From the NCBI GenBank assembly GCA_964234715.1, contig OZ174276.1: a DNA stretch of 64,000 nucleotides, one strand, 5' to 3'. This DNA is from Podarcis melisellensis (Eukaryota). The notes beneath the pieces were generated by a model. The model worked only from the letters and a program-made list of their open reading frames with translations, made no database searches and was not told where the DNA came from. Position numbers and translations under genes: made by a program. Below are positions 1 to 11,843 of the stretch, piece by piece (positions within the stretch are counted from its first letter, which is position 1; the number at the start of each line of letters is the position of its first letter).

Positions 1-29
1 ACTCCGGGACATCATTGGCAGGATAAATG
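1..29 (+). CDS. TMEM94: TMEM94 exon, 3' part (LRDIIGRIN-D)
   Basis: Donor G|GTGAGG at 29/30; phase 1 joins exon 1244 (G+AT = Asp). Confidence 0.85.
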
Positions 30-433
30 GTGAGGCCGCCTCTCTCCCCACACTGCCCCTCGCACCTGTTTGCTATCCTGTGTAGCCACATCCTCTCTGT
101 AATTTTAGTGCCTACTGTCCATTAGTTTTTATGTAATGCCTTAAAAAGCAAATTCTTAATTAGGGGCAATTGTTGCTTTCATATCATGGTCGTATGAAAT
201 CTTGTCCCTTTAACACCCCAGAACTATCCTTGTCTTCCATCACAACCACAGCTGTCAGTTCTCCCCCTACCATACCTTCATAGTCTACCCTTGTGACTTA
301 TTCACAGGACAAATGTACTAGGCTAGGTTTGCCCTTTCTTCCCCTCTCTCATTTGACACCCCGTTTTTCGAGCAGCCAAGTGTATTCTCTCCTCTTCCGG
401 ATTCCCATCACAAAAGCTTAACACCACTTTTCA

Positions 434-667
434 CCTTCCAGTAGCACCTTAGAGACCAACTAAGTTTTTTATTGGTATGAGCTTTTGTGTGCATGCACAC
501 TTCTTCAGATACACTGAAGATACAGTTTCAGTGTATCTGAAGAAGTGTGCATGCACACGAAAGCTCATGCCAATAAAAAACTTAGTTGTTCTCTAAGGTG
601 CTGCTGGAAGGATTTTTTTTATTTTGTTTTGACTACGGCAGACCAACACGGCTACCTACCTGTATCT
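434..667 (+). mobile_element. Penelope-like element remnant: inverted pLTR piece, pLTR and tail, bounded by a TSD
   Basis: About 85-bp inverted arms 434-518 and 527-611; T-rich tail; direct repeat ACCACTTT(T)CACCT at 423-436 and 668-680; hammerhead core inside. Confidence 0.8.
533..570 (+). ncRNA. Minimal type I hammerhead ribozyme motif
   Basis: GUAU-CUGAAGA-A-GUGUG(CAUG)CACAC-GAAA-GC-UC^AUGC; stems I and II pair, stem III is the palindromic AGCU. Confidence 0.75.
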
Positions 668-1243
668 ACCACTTTCACCTGTACATTCTTGCACTATCAG
701 GGGAATGGGGGAACTGTTTTCCCCATTGTCATTTGCAGCGGCCTCCATTCCTTGCTGCCTCCACCGCTCCCCACTCCACTCTATCCACTCTCTCATAGGC
801 AAATACATACACTGATTTTCCAAAGATGTGGACTCCTGCTGCCTGCCCTACAGGGGGAATACTTGAGGACAGCTGCTGGAAGCCACACGGTCTGTGTGAG
901 GATCGAACCAGAAGTGACATTAACTGTGCACTTTCATGATTTAGGAGAATGTAAATAGCAGCTGCAAGGGGGCTTGAGTAGCAGTTTGACTACAGGGGGT
1001 GGAAAGAGAGGGGGAGAAGGAGTTTAACTTCTTCCCTACCATAGTCTTGATGAAAGTCGTGCCCTGGAGCTGCATTGGTACCAGTGGAGGCTTCCTTCCT
1101 GGTGCAAATTGCAGCTTCAGGAGGGTGATCTTTGTCAGGATTGCCGTGGGGCGGTCCTTACAGTTTCACTGCTACCCGAGCACCACCTTTGCAGATACTG
1201 TTTACATTTTTTTAAAGGTGCATCCTGCTAATCTACTTTTCAG

Positions 1244-1446
1244 ATGTCTTGAAGGATGGCAAAGAGCTGAGCTGGACAAACTCCATGTACCCTGACCTTC
1301 ACATGCCCTTTGCCCCCTCCTGGTCACTCCACTGGGTCTACCGGGACGGCCATCTTGTCAATCTTCCAGTCAGCTTGTTAGTAACGGGTGATGTCGTTGC
1401 CCTGAGGCCAGGGCAGGAGTCCTTCACTTCTCTCAGAGGGATTAAG
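1244..1446 (+). CDS. TMEM94: TMEM94 exon (DVLKDGKELSW…SLRGIK)
   Basis: ttttcag| acceptor, |gtaact donor. Confidence 0.95.
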
Positions 1447-1584
1447 GTAACTCAAGTTTCTTCTCTCTTTGCACCAGGGTCCTAAGTATTATAAGGGCCA
1501 GTGCTTTTTTTCCAGCGGGTATTCAAGGGCACCTCCTTCTTTTGGTTAAAAATTGTGACACTTACTGTAACAACTTCATGGTGA

Positions 1585-1705
1585 AACAAAACAAATAAAA
1601 TAATTTAAAAATTCCTTCCAGTAGCACCTTAGAAACCCACTAAGTTAGTTATGGGTATGCACACTTCTTCAGATGCACGCTTCTTTCTTGCATGCACACA
1701 AAGGA
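1585..1705 (-). mobile_element. Degenerate copy of the same Penelope-like pLTR
   Basis: CCTTCCAGTAGCACCTTAGA…CACACTTCTTCAGAT matches 434-510 with an internal deletion. Confidence 0.7.
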
Positions 1706-1753
1706 TCCCTGAGTTTGCCCATTTTCAGCTTTTGTCTCCCATTCTTCTAACAG

Positions 1754-1905
1754 GATGATGAGCACATTGTCCTGGAGCCTGGGGATCTCTTTCCCCCCTT
1801 TTCTCCACCACCATCTCCAAATGGGGAGGTGAAGAAGGGACCTCAGAATCCACAACAGTATCGGCTCTTCCGTGTCACAAAAACACCAGTGATTGACAAT
1901 GTCAG
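1754..1905 (+). CDS. TMEM94: TMEM94 exon (DDEHIVLEPGDLFPP…IDNVR)
   Basis: ctaacag|, |gtaagt. Confidence 0.95.
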
Positions 1906-1983
1906 GTAAGTTCAATGTGAGGACACTTTGTTACTGAAATTTGAAGTAAGGTAGCAGAATGGATGGAGAATTCATCTGAAACA

Positions 1984-2545
1984 GGGCATTCTTAGTGGTG
2001 GCTTCCTGGCTATGGAACAAACTCCCAATGAAAATAGGGCACCCCCCATTTTCATATGTGTTCAGTAAACATGCAAAAACCTTTTTGAAAAAAATATTTA
2101 GTTATCCAGGCTTTGGGCTGAGAGTTTTATGACATTTTTACACTGCTGGTTTTAACTGTTTCCTTGAATATATGCTATAGTGCTGCTTTTAAATTGTTTT
2201 CATCTGATTCTGTTTTTGTGATCTGCCTTGAGCTCCCTTTGGGGAGGAAGGACAAGTTACATACCGCATTTTTCGCTCCATAAGATGCACCCCCCCCCTA
2301 AAATCTAAGGGGAAATGTCTGTGGGTCTTATGGAGGGAATGTGGTCCCTGGGGTTGGGCGGGGGGAACCCGGGCTTCCCCCGCCAGCCCCGCAAACTCCA
2401 GGAGAAGCGGCAAGGCTGCTTGCAGCCTCACCGCTTCCCCCCAGCCCGTTTTGGGGGTATTTTTTTAAATCCCCCCCCAAAGCACCTTATGGTCAGGTGC
2501 ACCTTATGGAGCGAAAAATGCGGTATTTGAAATAAACAAATAAAA
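1984..2545 (+). mobile_element. L2-like LINE 3' end, interrupted by a MITE
   Basis: GGGCATTCTTAGTGGTGGCT…TGGAAC (RAFSVVAP..WN-like), T-rich UTR, …CCTTGAG…AAATAAA tail; ends approximate. Confidence 0.5.
2264..2523. mobile_element. Tc1/mariner-superfamily MITE
   Basis: TIR CCGCATTTTTCGCTCCATAAG / CTTATGGAGCGAAAAATGCGG, TA on both sides. Confidence 0.85.
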
Positions 2546-2774
2546 TATGTTCAATCCATCCTGTGTTCAGTTATAACCACAAGAATACATTATAGTCATA
2601 AAAAATCTCTGCAGTACAATATTTAAGTATTGCTGTCTGACAAATCAACTCTTTGGATGGAATATACCAGTCCCATATAGTGGTTTGCTGTATAAAGCTG
2701 GGAGGTAAAAGAAAGAAAGCAATAAATACCTGGAACTTTGCAAAATCCTCTGTAAATATTTTGTTATGTTTCAG

Positions 2775-2877
2775 GTTATGTTTAGACATGGCTTTGTCAC
2801 GTTCCGTGACTGCTCTGGATAACGAAAGGTTCACTGTACAGTCGGTGATGCTCAAGCTTGCCGTTCCCATTGTGCTG
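2775..2877 (+). CDS. TMEM94: TMEM94 exon (LCLDMALSR…VPIVL)
   Basis: tttcag|, |gtacgt. Confidence 0.93.
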
Positions 2878-3076
2878 GTACGTCCTATTGATGAGCTGCT
2901 TTTTGTGACCAGGCTTGGTCCACTCAGGTTCCAGGTGGCTGGGACCATTGCATTTGACTACAGCTTCCTGTGAGCTGAGCAGTTCTAACTCATGCAGTGG
3001 ATTCTTGATTGGTTTTGGGTATCGGTCATACTCTTTGGAGCTCAGCATTCGGTGGTAGAATATGGGAATTACGGTA

Positions 3077-3317
3077 CAGTGTACCTCGGGTTACATATGC
3101 TTCAGGTTACATACGCTTCAGGTTACAGACTCCGCTAACCCAGAAATAGTGCTTCAGGTTAAGCACTTTGCTTCAGGATGAGAACAGAAATTGTGCTCCG
3201 GCGGCGCGGCGGCAGCAGGAGGCCCCATTAGCTAAAGTGGTGCTTCAGGTTAAGAACAGTTTCAGGTTAAGAACGGACCTCCAGAATGAATTAAGTACTT
3301 AACCCGAGGTACCACTG
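3077..3317. mobile_element. Tc1/mariner MITE (CAGTGGTACCTCGGGTTA family)
   Basis: TIRs, TA TSD, internal CTTCAGGTTA subrepeats; near-identical inverted copy at 41497-41711. Confidence 0.85.
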
Positions 3318-3508
3318 TACTTGGTTTGTGCACAGAAAAGAATTTGGCAAAATCCATGGATGATCATGGCAAGCCCTGGATTCTCAGTTTATATATAAAG
3401 TATGCATCATCTTTAGGCAAATCTTTTTTTGGCAAATGAAGTAAACAGGCTCCATTAAGTAATGCATTTTTTTGTCACATCCAAAATTAGTCACTACTTA
3501 TAGGGCTT

Positions 3509-3632
3509 GGGGTGGCTCAGTTGGTAGAGAGCATGAAACTCTTAATCTCAGGGTCATGGGGCAAAAGATTCCTGCATTACAAGGGCTTGGGCTACATAAA
3601 CCTCGTCCCTTCCAATTCTACAGTTCTATTCC
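3509..3632 (+). mobile_element. tRNA-Lys(CTT)-derived SINE with CR1-like tail
   Basis: GGCTCAGTTGGTAGAG…CTCTTAATCTCAGGGTC head lacking the T-arm; …CCCTTCCAATTCTA… tail. Confidence 0.65.
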
Positions 3633-3999
3633 TTTTTTAGATTTAGATTTTTAAACTTTTATTTCCAACACAGTTGTGGGACACCTGCTTTGCATGCAGA
3701 AGGTCTTGTATTCAGTCCATCATCTCCAGGTAGGACTGGGAGTGTCCCCTGCCTGAGACTCTGGAGAGCCTTCTGATGGTTGGTGCTGAGCCAGTTCGAC
3801 GAATGGTGTTAGGCAGCTTCCTGATCAGTCTGGGAGATACTTACTTTTTTCAAATGGCTTGGGCCATTGAGGCTCTGATTGGTTCCATGTAATAATAACC
3901 AGAAAGTGTTTCTGTAGTGTTTTAAGTGATATAGCTACACCTATCATAGTGATTTACATATAGGGGCTTCTAATGCTGTCTCCTTTCCTTAAACGGCAG

Positions 4000-4086
4000 A
4001 TTGGTTTCCTGATCACCAATGCCATACGCTTTGTTTTCATGGCTCCTGGAGTTGTCCCTTGGCAATACACATTGCTTCAGCTGCAG
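4000..4086 (+). CDS. TMEM94: TMEM94 exon (IGFLITNAIRF…LLQLQ)
   Basis: ggcag|, |gtaaaa. Confidence 0.92.
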
Positions 4087-4822
4087 GTAAAATAGAAGAA
4101 TGTGTTTTTATTTTCTCTGAACTTCAGTTAGTTTCCCTGTATCAGGAAAGACATACCTTTCTGGGCTATACTGGTGTGTGTGTGTGTGTGTGTATACATG
4201 CTTGATGCAAATCCACCTAGCTATGATGTGGATGTAAAATTGATTTTAAACATTAATTCACCAAGAAGCTTCTGTGGCCTAAATGTAGTTTACCTTCTGA
4301 AGGGCTCTTCACTTCTGTTCTTTTTTCCCCTGTGGTGATATTTGTTAGTGAAGTGTTCAGGCTTAGCCTGTGTCTAGAAACCTCTCTCCTCTTGGACTTC
4401 CATATGCTTGTTTTGATGACGTTTCCTTTCACATCTGAGATTCATAAGGAAACTGTAGCTTTTCCTTTCAGTTTAAAAGTACCGTGATGGGTTTGTAGGT
4501 GATCAGCACTTTAAATCTACAGAGGAACACTGATCATCTGCAGCCCATACAAGTCCAGACAGAATAGCAGAAGTGGCCTTGGAAGCACAGTGATGTTCAT
4601 TTAACCTCATCTCTTCTTTACGTGTGTGCGTGTGTGTGTGTGTGTTTTCTTTGCACATCTGTCCATTGATCTTGAGCGCTAGACATATCTTGGAAGTATA
4701 AGTAATAATGTTCTTGTGAGCAAGTGGTTCCTGCTCACTGTGTGTGTGTGTGTGTTGCTGTTGGGGAAGTGACGGAGCCAATCTTCAGCTATACTAACTG
4801 GAGACCTGGAATGCCTTCACAG

Positions 4823-4939
4823 GTCAATGGGGTCCTGCCCATCCTCCCGCTGCTGTTCCCTGTCCTGTGGATTCTTGCCACTGCCTTTGGTGAAGCCAGA
4901 GTCCTGGCCCAGATGAGCAAGACCTCACCCACTTCCCTG
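4823..4939 (+). CDS. TMEM94: TMEM94 exon (VNGVLPILPLLFP…SPTSL)
   Basis: ttcacag|, |gtaggt; TACTAAC branch point at 4792-4798. Confidence 0.94.
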
Positions 4940-5157
4940 GTAGGTACTTCTACAACATCATGTTGTTGGGAAGAGGGTGGACTGGGTAAAGGCAATTCTG
5001 GACTACTGAGACAAGAGGGGAGTTCAAAAATGTTTCCTAGGTCTGAAAAATACAAATACAGTGGGCCTGTGTTTTTCCATTTTGCCCTGTGAATCTTTGA
5101 AACTGGATCAGTTGTGGGTACAAGTGGAAGTATTGCCATGGGGTGGGGGGACAAACA

Positions 5158-5191
<34 letters not shown>
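5158..5191. repeat. (TAG)n microsatellite
   Basis: Read directly. Confidence 0.95.
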
Positions 5192-5192
<1 letters not shown>

Positions 5193-6472
5193 ATTAATAA
5201 TACTATAGTATTCTTTATATGCCACCCATTTTTCAACAGAATAGTTGGAAGTAGGACTGACACGGGTCTGTTAGGTTTTGGGAATGGGCAAAATGGGGGT
5301 GGTAGGAAGGCCTGATGGACAAGCTGCTGGGTGCTCTCAGGTCTGAATAATTTCTCCGAAGGCTTGAAGAACAGAGATGGTAGGTCCAAGTGCCTGCTTG
5401 CCTGTCGCAGCCAGTATTTGGGCTCTAGCTTTTGACTGTTCTGCTGAGTCTTCTTAATAATTGTCTAATATCTGTAAAGCCAGATTTTGTGTGGGTCCTC
5501 CCCAATCTCTGGGGTGCAAGAATAATAGGAGAGGCTTTTTATCTTCTGTGTGAAGGGAGAAAGGGGGCAGCTGGTTCATCTGTCAGTTGATTCCTACCAC
5601 TCCAGATGTTACTTCTGTCTCTTCCATTCCCTGCCCTCTTCTCTCTCTCTTCTCCACTTCTGCTTGCTGCAGGCATGTAAAGCTTAAGTTCCTTCTCTTC
5701 CTTTTCCCCCTTTCCCCACCTTGTTGCCAGCACCTCCATGTTCCCTGTCACCCACACTTGTGTTCCCAGTTGTTTTCATGTTTGCTTTCTCTATCCTGCC
5801 AGTTCTTTCCCCCTCTGTGATTAAATTTCAGATGTGATTCTGCATCGCTGTCACCTGAATGCTTGTTTGTGTCTTAGTTCCATCTTGACTTAGAGTAGCA
5901 TCCTCTCTTGTATCTATTCCCCCCCTAATCTGTTTGGAATATAGCAGCTACAGCCCTTTCCTCCTTGATCAGGCTCTTGGATCATGTGTCCTCCTGTCTT
6001 CTCCTGGCCTTCCCTTCACCTAGTGGATCTGAGCTCTTGTTCTCTCATTCTGCATGATGCTGTTCCTTTCTTTCCATCACCTTTCCCCCAGTTTCCTCTT
6101 CAAACCGTCTTGTGGGCCACCTTTGTATTTGACGCTCCTCCTGACCATTTTGAATGGGGGTAATATACCCAGTTCAGGTCAAATACTATCATCTTCTACA
6201 TCGAGACACCAGTCCAAGATGAACCTCGAGTTTCCTTCACCGATTCCATCTCTCGAAGATACTCAGAAAAAAGGACAGTGACATTTGGGTTCTAATTCTT
6301 GACTTGGACAAAGCGTAGCCAAGGAAGGGTTCTGGATTCTGTTCAGGTCCTGCAGAGCAAAGCCCATTTCTCATCCATATCTTCCACTGGTGAAAAAATA
6401 TTTTCCAAGGGATGTTCCTCATGCACCGTTTCTCAGCACCTTGATAGTAACCAATTTGTTCTCTTGCTGCAG

Positions 6473-6529
6473 CTGGCTAAGTTCTCAGAGGACACACTGA
6501 GCAGCTACACAGAGGTGGTATCTACCCAG
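6473..6529 (+). CDS. TMEM94: TMEM94 exon (LAKFSEDTLSSYTEVVSTQ)
   Basis: ctgcag|, |gtacta. Confidence 0.93.
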
Positions 6530-8457
6530 GTACTATTTTATTAACCAGTCTTGCATCCTGTTCTTGTGGTGTTGCACAGTGCCGTAAGATCCTCTCCATC
6601 CTCTCTCTCTGTGATCTGCTTGCCCACTTGTGCTTATATCCTGCTGCTGGTGTCTCTCGCTTTGTTGGCGCTTTCATTTGCTCCTCCTGCGCTTCGCATG
6701 CCGGATGCACACTTCCCCACCCCCCATGCTCTTTCTCATAGCAGATGCTCACAGTTCCCTTTGATTGTCTGAGAGCGAAAGGCCTTGTGATTCAAGCCTG
6801 CAGTTGCCTAGAATGTTTAAAATCTGAATCTTAAACAAGCTGAGTTTCAAATCCTATATTGATTGCCCTTCTGGGTGGAAATAGCTGACTGAGAGAGACT
6901 GGTAAGTATCACAGGGACTTGGACAGACTTTCATATAGACAAATCATCGAAATCAAAGTGGGAAGAGGAAGAATGGAAATCATGCTCATATGTTTTTATT
7001 GAACTGGACAGGGGGGAAACAAGGGCTGGGATTTCTAAGTTGACCCTGGAGCCTCTGTGTTGCAGTCAATTTTTGTAGTTAGCTCTGCTGATGTTGTTGA
7101 ACTGCAACTCCCATCAGACCCAGCCAGCATGACTAGAGGCCAGGGCTACTGAGAATTTTAGTTCAGCAACATCTGGAGGGCCACAGGTTCTCCACACTTG
7201 GGGTGGCACCTTGACCACCTCAATATGTTTGCCCTTCTCTGCAGCTGTACTTTCATAGATGCTCAGACTTCATCACAATGAACTCCAGAAGGCAGTTTGT
7301 CCTTGCTTCACTCTCGCCCACCAAAAACGTAATTTAGTCAAATGGAATCAAAATGATTTATTGGCGGCACGTCTTGCTTTCCTCAGTCAGAAGCAAGGAC
7401 CAATTTGGGCTGCTCATTGACTTCCGAAGTGACTACACCAAGGATTGGGTGGGTGGGTGGGAAATACTGTGGCAGTAAATTTTCTTGGTAAATCTTCAAT
7501 AAATTGTTTCCCAAAATTGAACCCATCTATAGCATTCAATTGATAATACTGATGATAAGAATACACTGTGTTGGCTGCCTATTAGTTAGTGAGCCAAATT
7601 CCAGGTTTTGTTACTAACATTTAAAACCCTAAGCAACTTGAGACCAGGATATCTGGCAGACACAGACCAGGCCAATCTTTAAGAACTTCTGAGGAGACCC
7701 TGCTGGTCATTCCATGACCAGTGGATTGCCAAAAGTCAGTCAGTTCATTGTGTTTTAGCAGACAGCCAATATACACATGAAAATAATAAATGATGCAGTG
7801 GATTGTTACCTTATGACAACATGGAAGTGGGCCTTCTTGGTGTTAGCACCTACTCTTTAGAATGCCCCCCCCGGTAATTAATGTGACGAAGAGGATAATG
7901 ACTTTTAAATGCCCCTTTAGAATTTGCATATTTACCCAGGTTTTTGTAGACTCTGCTTCCAATTTTTTTTTGTACAGTGTGCTTGTGCTTTATTAACTTG
8001 TTTTTAAGATATTATGTTGTGTTTTAATTGGGTTAAGTAGTATGAAATATTGGAAATAAATTAATTATAGCCTGCTTTTCCACCAGTTTGCCTCCAATAT
8101 GAGATTGTGTCTTTGCTCCTTAGTAGTGTTCTCTGAGCATCCCAGAATACGGGACTGAACAATAAAACCACAATGCGGCATCAAATCCATTGAGTGAACC
8201 TTATAAATGAAATCCCATGCTACAAGCATTTTGTACAACCTGTGTATTGATCATCTCATCGAGTTTCTTCAAGCACTAGATCTCTTGTTTATGTACATCA
8301 GGCTGTACCTTCCTACCTTCAGAAATGTGAAGCAGCGCACTTTCCTGTACTTTTCTGGAAATGGATCTCATTTCACAATGAACTGAAACTCCTTGCCTCT
8401 TTTCCTTCACTTTGTGTATCCATTCATGTCCAATTCCCCCCCCTTTTTTTTTGGCAG

Positions 8458-8562
8458 GAAATGATGCGGTGTATCTGGAGCCACTTCCTGCATGTTCTGA
8501 AGGGCAGGTCTCCAACCCTCACCTTCACCTCTAGTTTGCTTCACAGCCTGGGATCTGTCACA
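8458..8562 (+). CDS. TMEM94: TMEM94 exon (EMMRCIW…LGSVT)
   Basis: Polypyrimidine tract then ggcag|, |gtaagt. Confidence 0.94.
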
Positions 8563-9590
8563 GTAAGTATGCTTGCAAGGAGCGATCTGACAGTGAGCAT
8601 CCTAGTTGCAGGGTCTGCCTGCTGGGTCCTTGGGTTTCCTGTTTCTTTTACAGGGCAAGGGCTATAGCTCAGTGGTAGAGCATATGCTTTTCCAAGTCGG
8701 GCTGCAGATGTCCTCTTGTCTGACATCCTGGAGAACATTAAGCTAGATAGGCCAATTGCCTGACTCCATATCATGGCAGCTTCCAAAAGATTCTTCTAAA
8801 TCTCATGAGGGCGTCTGCATTGTTAGCTGGATATTTCTGAGTTAGTGACTTAGATAATACATTCAGCTTGACCCTAGTGTCTGAAACACAGGAGGTCAGA
8901 TTTCTGCAGTAACCATGGGCAAGCTCTTATGACCTGGATGGGCTAGCTAGCTGTTTCTTGCTTCAAGCAAGTATCTGCTGGTCAGGGAAAAATGTGATAG
9001 ACCCAAGCACTTCCTTTTTAGATTAATCACATATAAATCTGAACTTACTGTTTTGTGCCTTGGAAGCATTTACACTCCAAGTACTCATTCTAGAGTTGTG
9101 CCTTCTGCCCTCTCTCTTTCTTTTTTTTGGTAGCATTCCTCATTCCTGCACATAGCATAGATAGTTTTCAGGAGATTGTCCTATGTGGAGCAGCCTGGGA
9201 AACCTGCGGTAGTGAGTCACAAAGGACACTGACAAAGGTCACATTTTGCTTTCTTCAGCTATAATGTTTCTTGGCCTTAGATGGCTTATCACTAAACTGG
9301 GGAGGCTGCTTGCCACTGGGCCACCCTATCTTTAAATTATCTTGTGGTAGCACCTGCACATTAAACTGACAGAGATGTTGAGGAGGGCAGTGCTGTATTT
9401 GGTAGCATTAAGGGAAGTCTCCAGGGATGGAAGGCTACTCAGAAAGGGCCTTTCCTTCTGCTATCCATTGTGCTTGAAGGCTGAGGTGATATGGCTGATA
9501 TTTATCTGCCTCAGTGATTCATGCACAGTCTTGCCAATAGTTTTTTGTGTGTCCCTGGGGTGTTGTGGGATGTCTTGGGCCTGTTTTTAG

Positions 9591-9755
9591 GTGCTTTGCT
9601 GTGTGGATAAGCAAGGAATTCTGTCCTGGCCTAATCCCAGTCCAGAGACGGTTTTGTTCTTCAGTGGTAAAGTGGAACCTCCTCATAGCAGCCATGAAGA
9701 CCTGACAGATGAACTCTCCACACGCTCCTTCTGCCACCCAGAATTGGACGAAGAG
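9591..9755 (+). CDS. TMEM94: TMEM94 exon (VLCCVDKQGILSWPNP…ELDEE)
   Basis: tttttag|, |gtgaga. Confidence 0.95.
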
Positions 9756-10696
9756 GTGAGAGACAGCTTTTTGGACCACAGAGTCTGGTTTGTCAAGAAA
9801 TTCTGCCTTCTTTTCTCCCCAGTTTCTATAAGACCCCTCAACCCTCTTGTGTCTTAACATCTGCCAGAGAGACCCCTTTTAGGCTGTCACCCTCTAGCAG
9901 TGCATTACTGCCATCTCCTCAGAGCAGGGCCCTTCTTCACAGTTGCCCAACAATTTGGAATGAAGCTTGTTCCCCAGGAGGGTGTACTCAGCCTCATTCT
10001 TAGCTGGGATTTTCAGTTAATAAAAAAAACCTGGTCTGCTTTGTCTATCCTTTGATAAACTGCTTCTGGTTTGCTTTCTAATTTTAGATGACTTTCTATT
10101 GTTTTATTGGATGCTATTGGTTTTTATACTGTTACTGCAAAGCGCTTTGTAAATTTTAGTTTTGAAAAGTGGCATGTAAATAAATAAACAAATAAATTAT
10201 TTGCCACCACTATTTATTTAGTTTGAAAATTTGGGACTTGCTTTATCTTACATAATCAACTCAGTAGTGGCTCTTGGGGGGGAAGGGAAGCAACAACAAC
10301 AAAAAAAGACAAAATTGAACAGTAAAAAAGCAGCAATACCATGGTGAACCAACCAACAAAACAATAATAATAACAATAATACATAATTCACACATATACC
10401 CCCCCTTCATTTCAGTCAGAATGATTAAAACAGTGAGCAACAAATGAATAAATTGGAATTAATATTGGGAATCTGGAGAATCAAAAAGTTCACTCGTCCC
10501 TCCATCATCTGCCACAAGTTGTCCACTTTAGTGACCAAGGCAGTTTCTGTCTTAAAACCGGGTCCAACTTCCCCCTTCACCTGGAAGGATAAACCAAGTC
10601 TTCTGGGGTCCTGAAGTCGCTAAGAAATGCATTTTTCCTCTTCCTGTTTGACTCACAGATGTTTCTCTGCTTAACTCTTCTTATGCTGTATTACAG

Positions 10697-10909
10697 CCCC
10701 ACGAAAGGGACGCTCTGCTCTCGGGGCCTTTGTCAGACATCGTTCACATCACCAATGAGCAAGACAGAGCGGAGTGGTCTACCGGCAACACCCCAAAGTC
10801 TTCTGAGGCTCATACTCACAAGAAGCCAACCGGCCGCAGCAAACACCCTTCGGGATCCAATGTGAGCTTCAGTAAGGACATCGAGGGCGGGGAGGAGGAG
10901 CCCATGCAG
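10697..10909 (+). CDS. TMEM94: TMEM94 exon (PHERDALL…EEEPMQ)
   Basis: ttacag|, |gtaagc. Confidence 0.93.
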
Positions 10910-11843
10910 GTAAGCAATGCCAAAGGCTGCAGAGGTCAGGAGGTTGTCTTGTCCAGTTAGGAAAAAGGTGGCGTCCTAGTCTGCTAAGGAGTCATCGGTA
11001 GGGTAAGAGTTGTGAACGTGAAAGAGGAAGAAAGAGCATTTGAGAACTACTCTTCTTAGGGCAAAAGGAATAAGTGTGTCTTAGGGGAAACTCTAAGTGC
11101 CTGCTGTCCCAAAGCACCACGGACTGATTTGCATGTGGCTACCTAGCTAGGTTTATGATTTAAGGCCTTGTGCCTATATGTCCGTCTGTAGAGAGACCGA
11201 AGGTTTTTCAGGATGCTACTTATTCTGCCAATTAAATTAAAGAGCTCTGAGGGCTGTGTGTAGTTCCTAGGTAGGAAACCAAAGCTCTGCAGATGTCAAG
11301 GATGATAGAAGTTGACATCTAGCAACATTTACAGGTCCACAAGTCCTCCACTCCTGCTTTAGGAGAATACACAACAGAGGATGGCAGAACCAATAGGTTA
11401 GAGAAGCAGGACTCATTTCATGTGCAAGTTTCTCGTTGAGTGGCTTTGCTGGTCATTGTTATGCAATGTTAGAGCAAGTTAAAAGTTTCTGGTGCCAATC
11501 CAGTAGTGCCTGAGTCACTCAAGCCTATTGATTTCAGTGGGTTTAGGCAACTTCTGTGTTAAGTCATTGACTTCCCATCCACAAGCTCTAACCCAGTCTT
11601 TCTCAGCTTTGGGTCCCCTGACATTCTTGAATCACAACTCCCATCATCCCTGACCTTTGACCTTGCTGGCTGGGTCTGATGGGTTTTATAGTCAAAGAGC
11701 ATCTGCAGGGTCAAAGCTTCCCCACCACTGAGGTAGCCTGCAAGTTGTGCACTAACCATTTCTGAATTTTTCTCCCCCTCTGAAAGGGGAACGAATGCTG
11801 GCACCTTAACTTTTGACTTTGCGTTTCTTGAATGTTGAGCCAG

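Noticed and set aside
3077-3317. Regularly spaced CTTCAGGTTA repeats resembling a CRISPR array
   Set aside because: Eukaryotic DNA; these are subrepeats inside a TIR- and TA-bounded MITE.
3509-3560. tRNA-Lys gene
   Set aside because: The T-arm and 3' acceptor strand are missing and a CR1-like tail follows, so it is a SINE head.
5037-5389. ORFs with poly-Y/V/T tracts (similar poly-I/L/N ORFs elsewhere)
   Set aside because: Translations of trinucleotide microsatellites.
11113-11126. RE1/NRSE-like AGCACCACGGAC
   Set aside because: The left TTC and right AGCGCC flanks mismatch; too weak to call without ChIP data.
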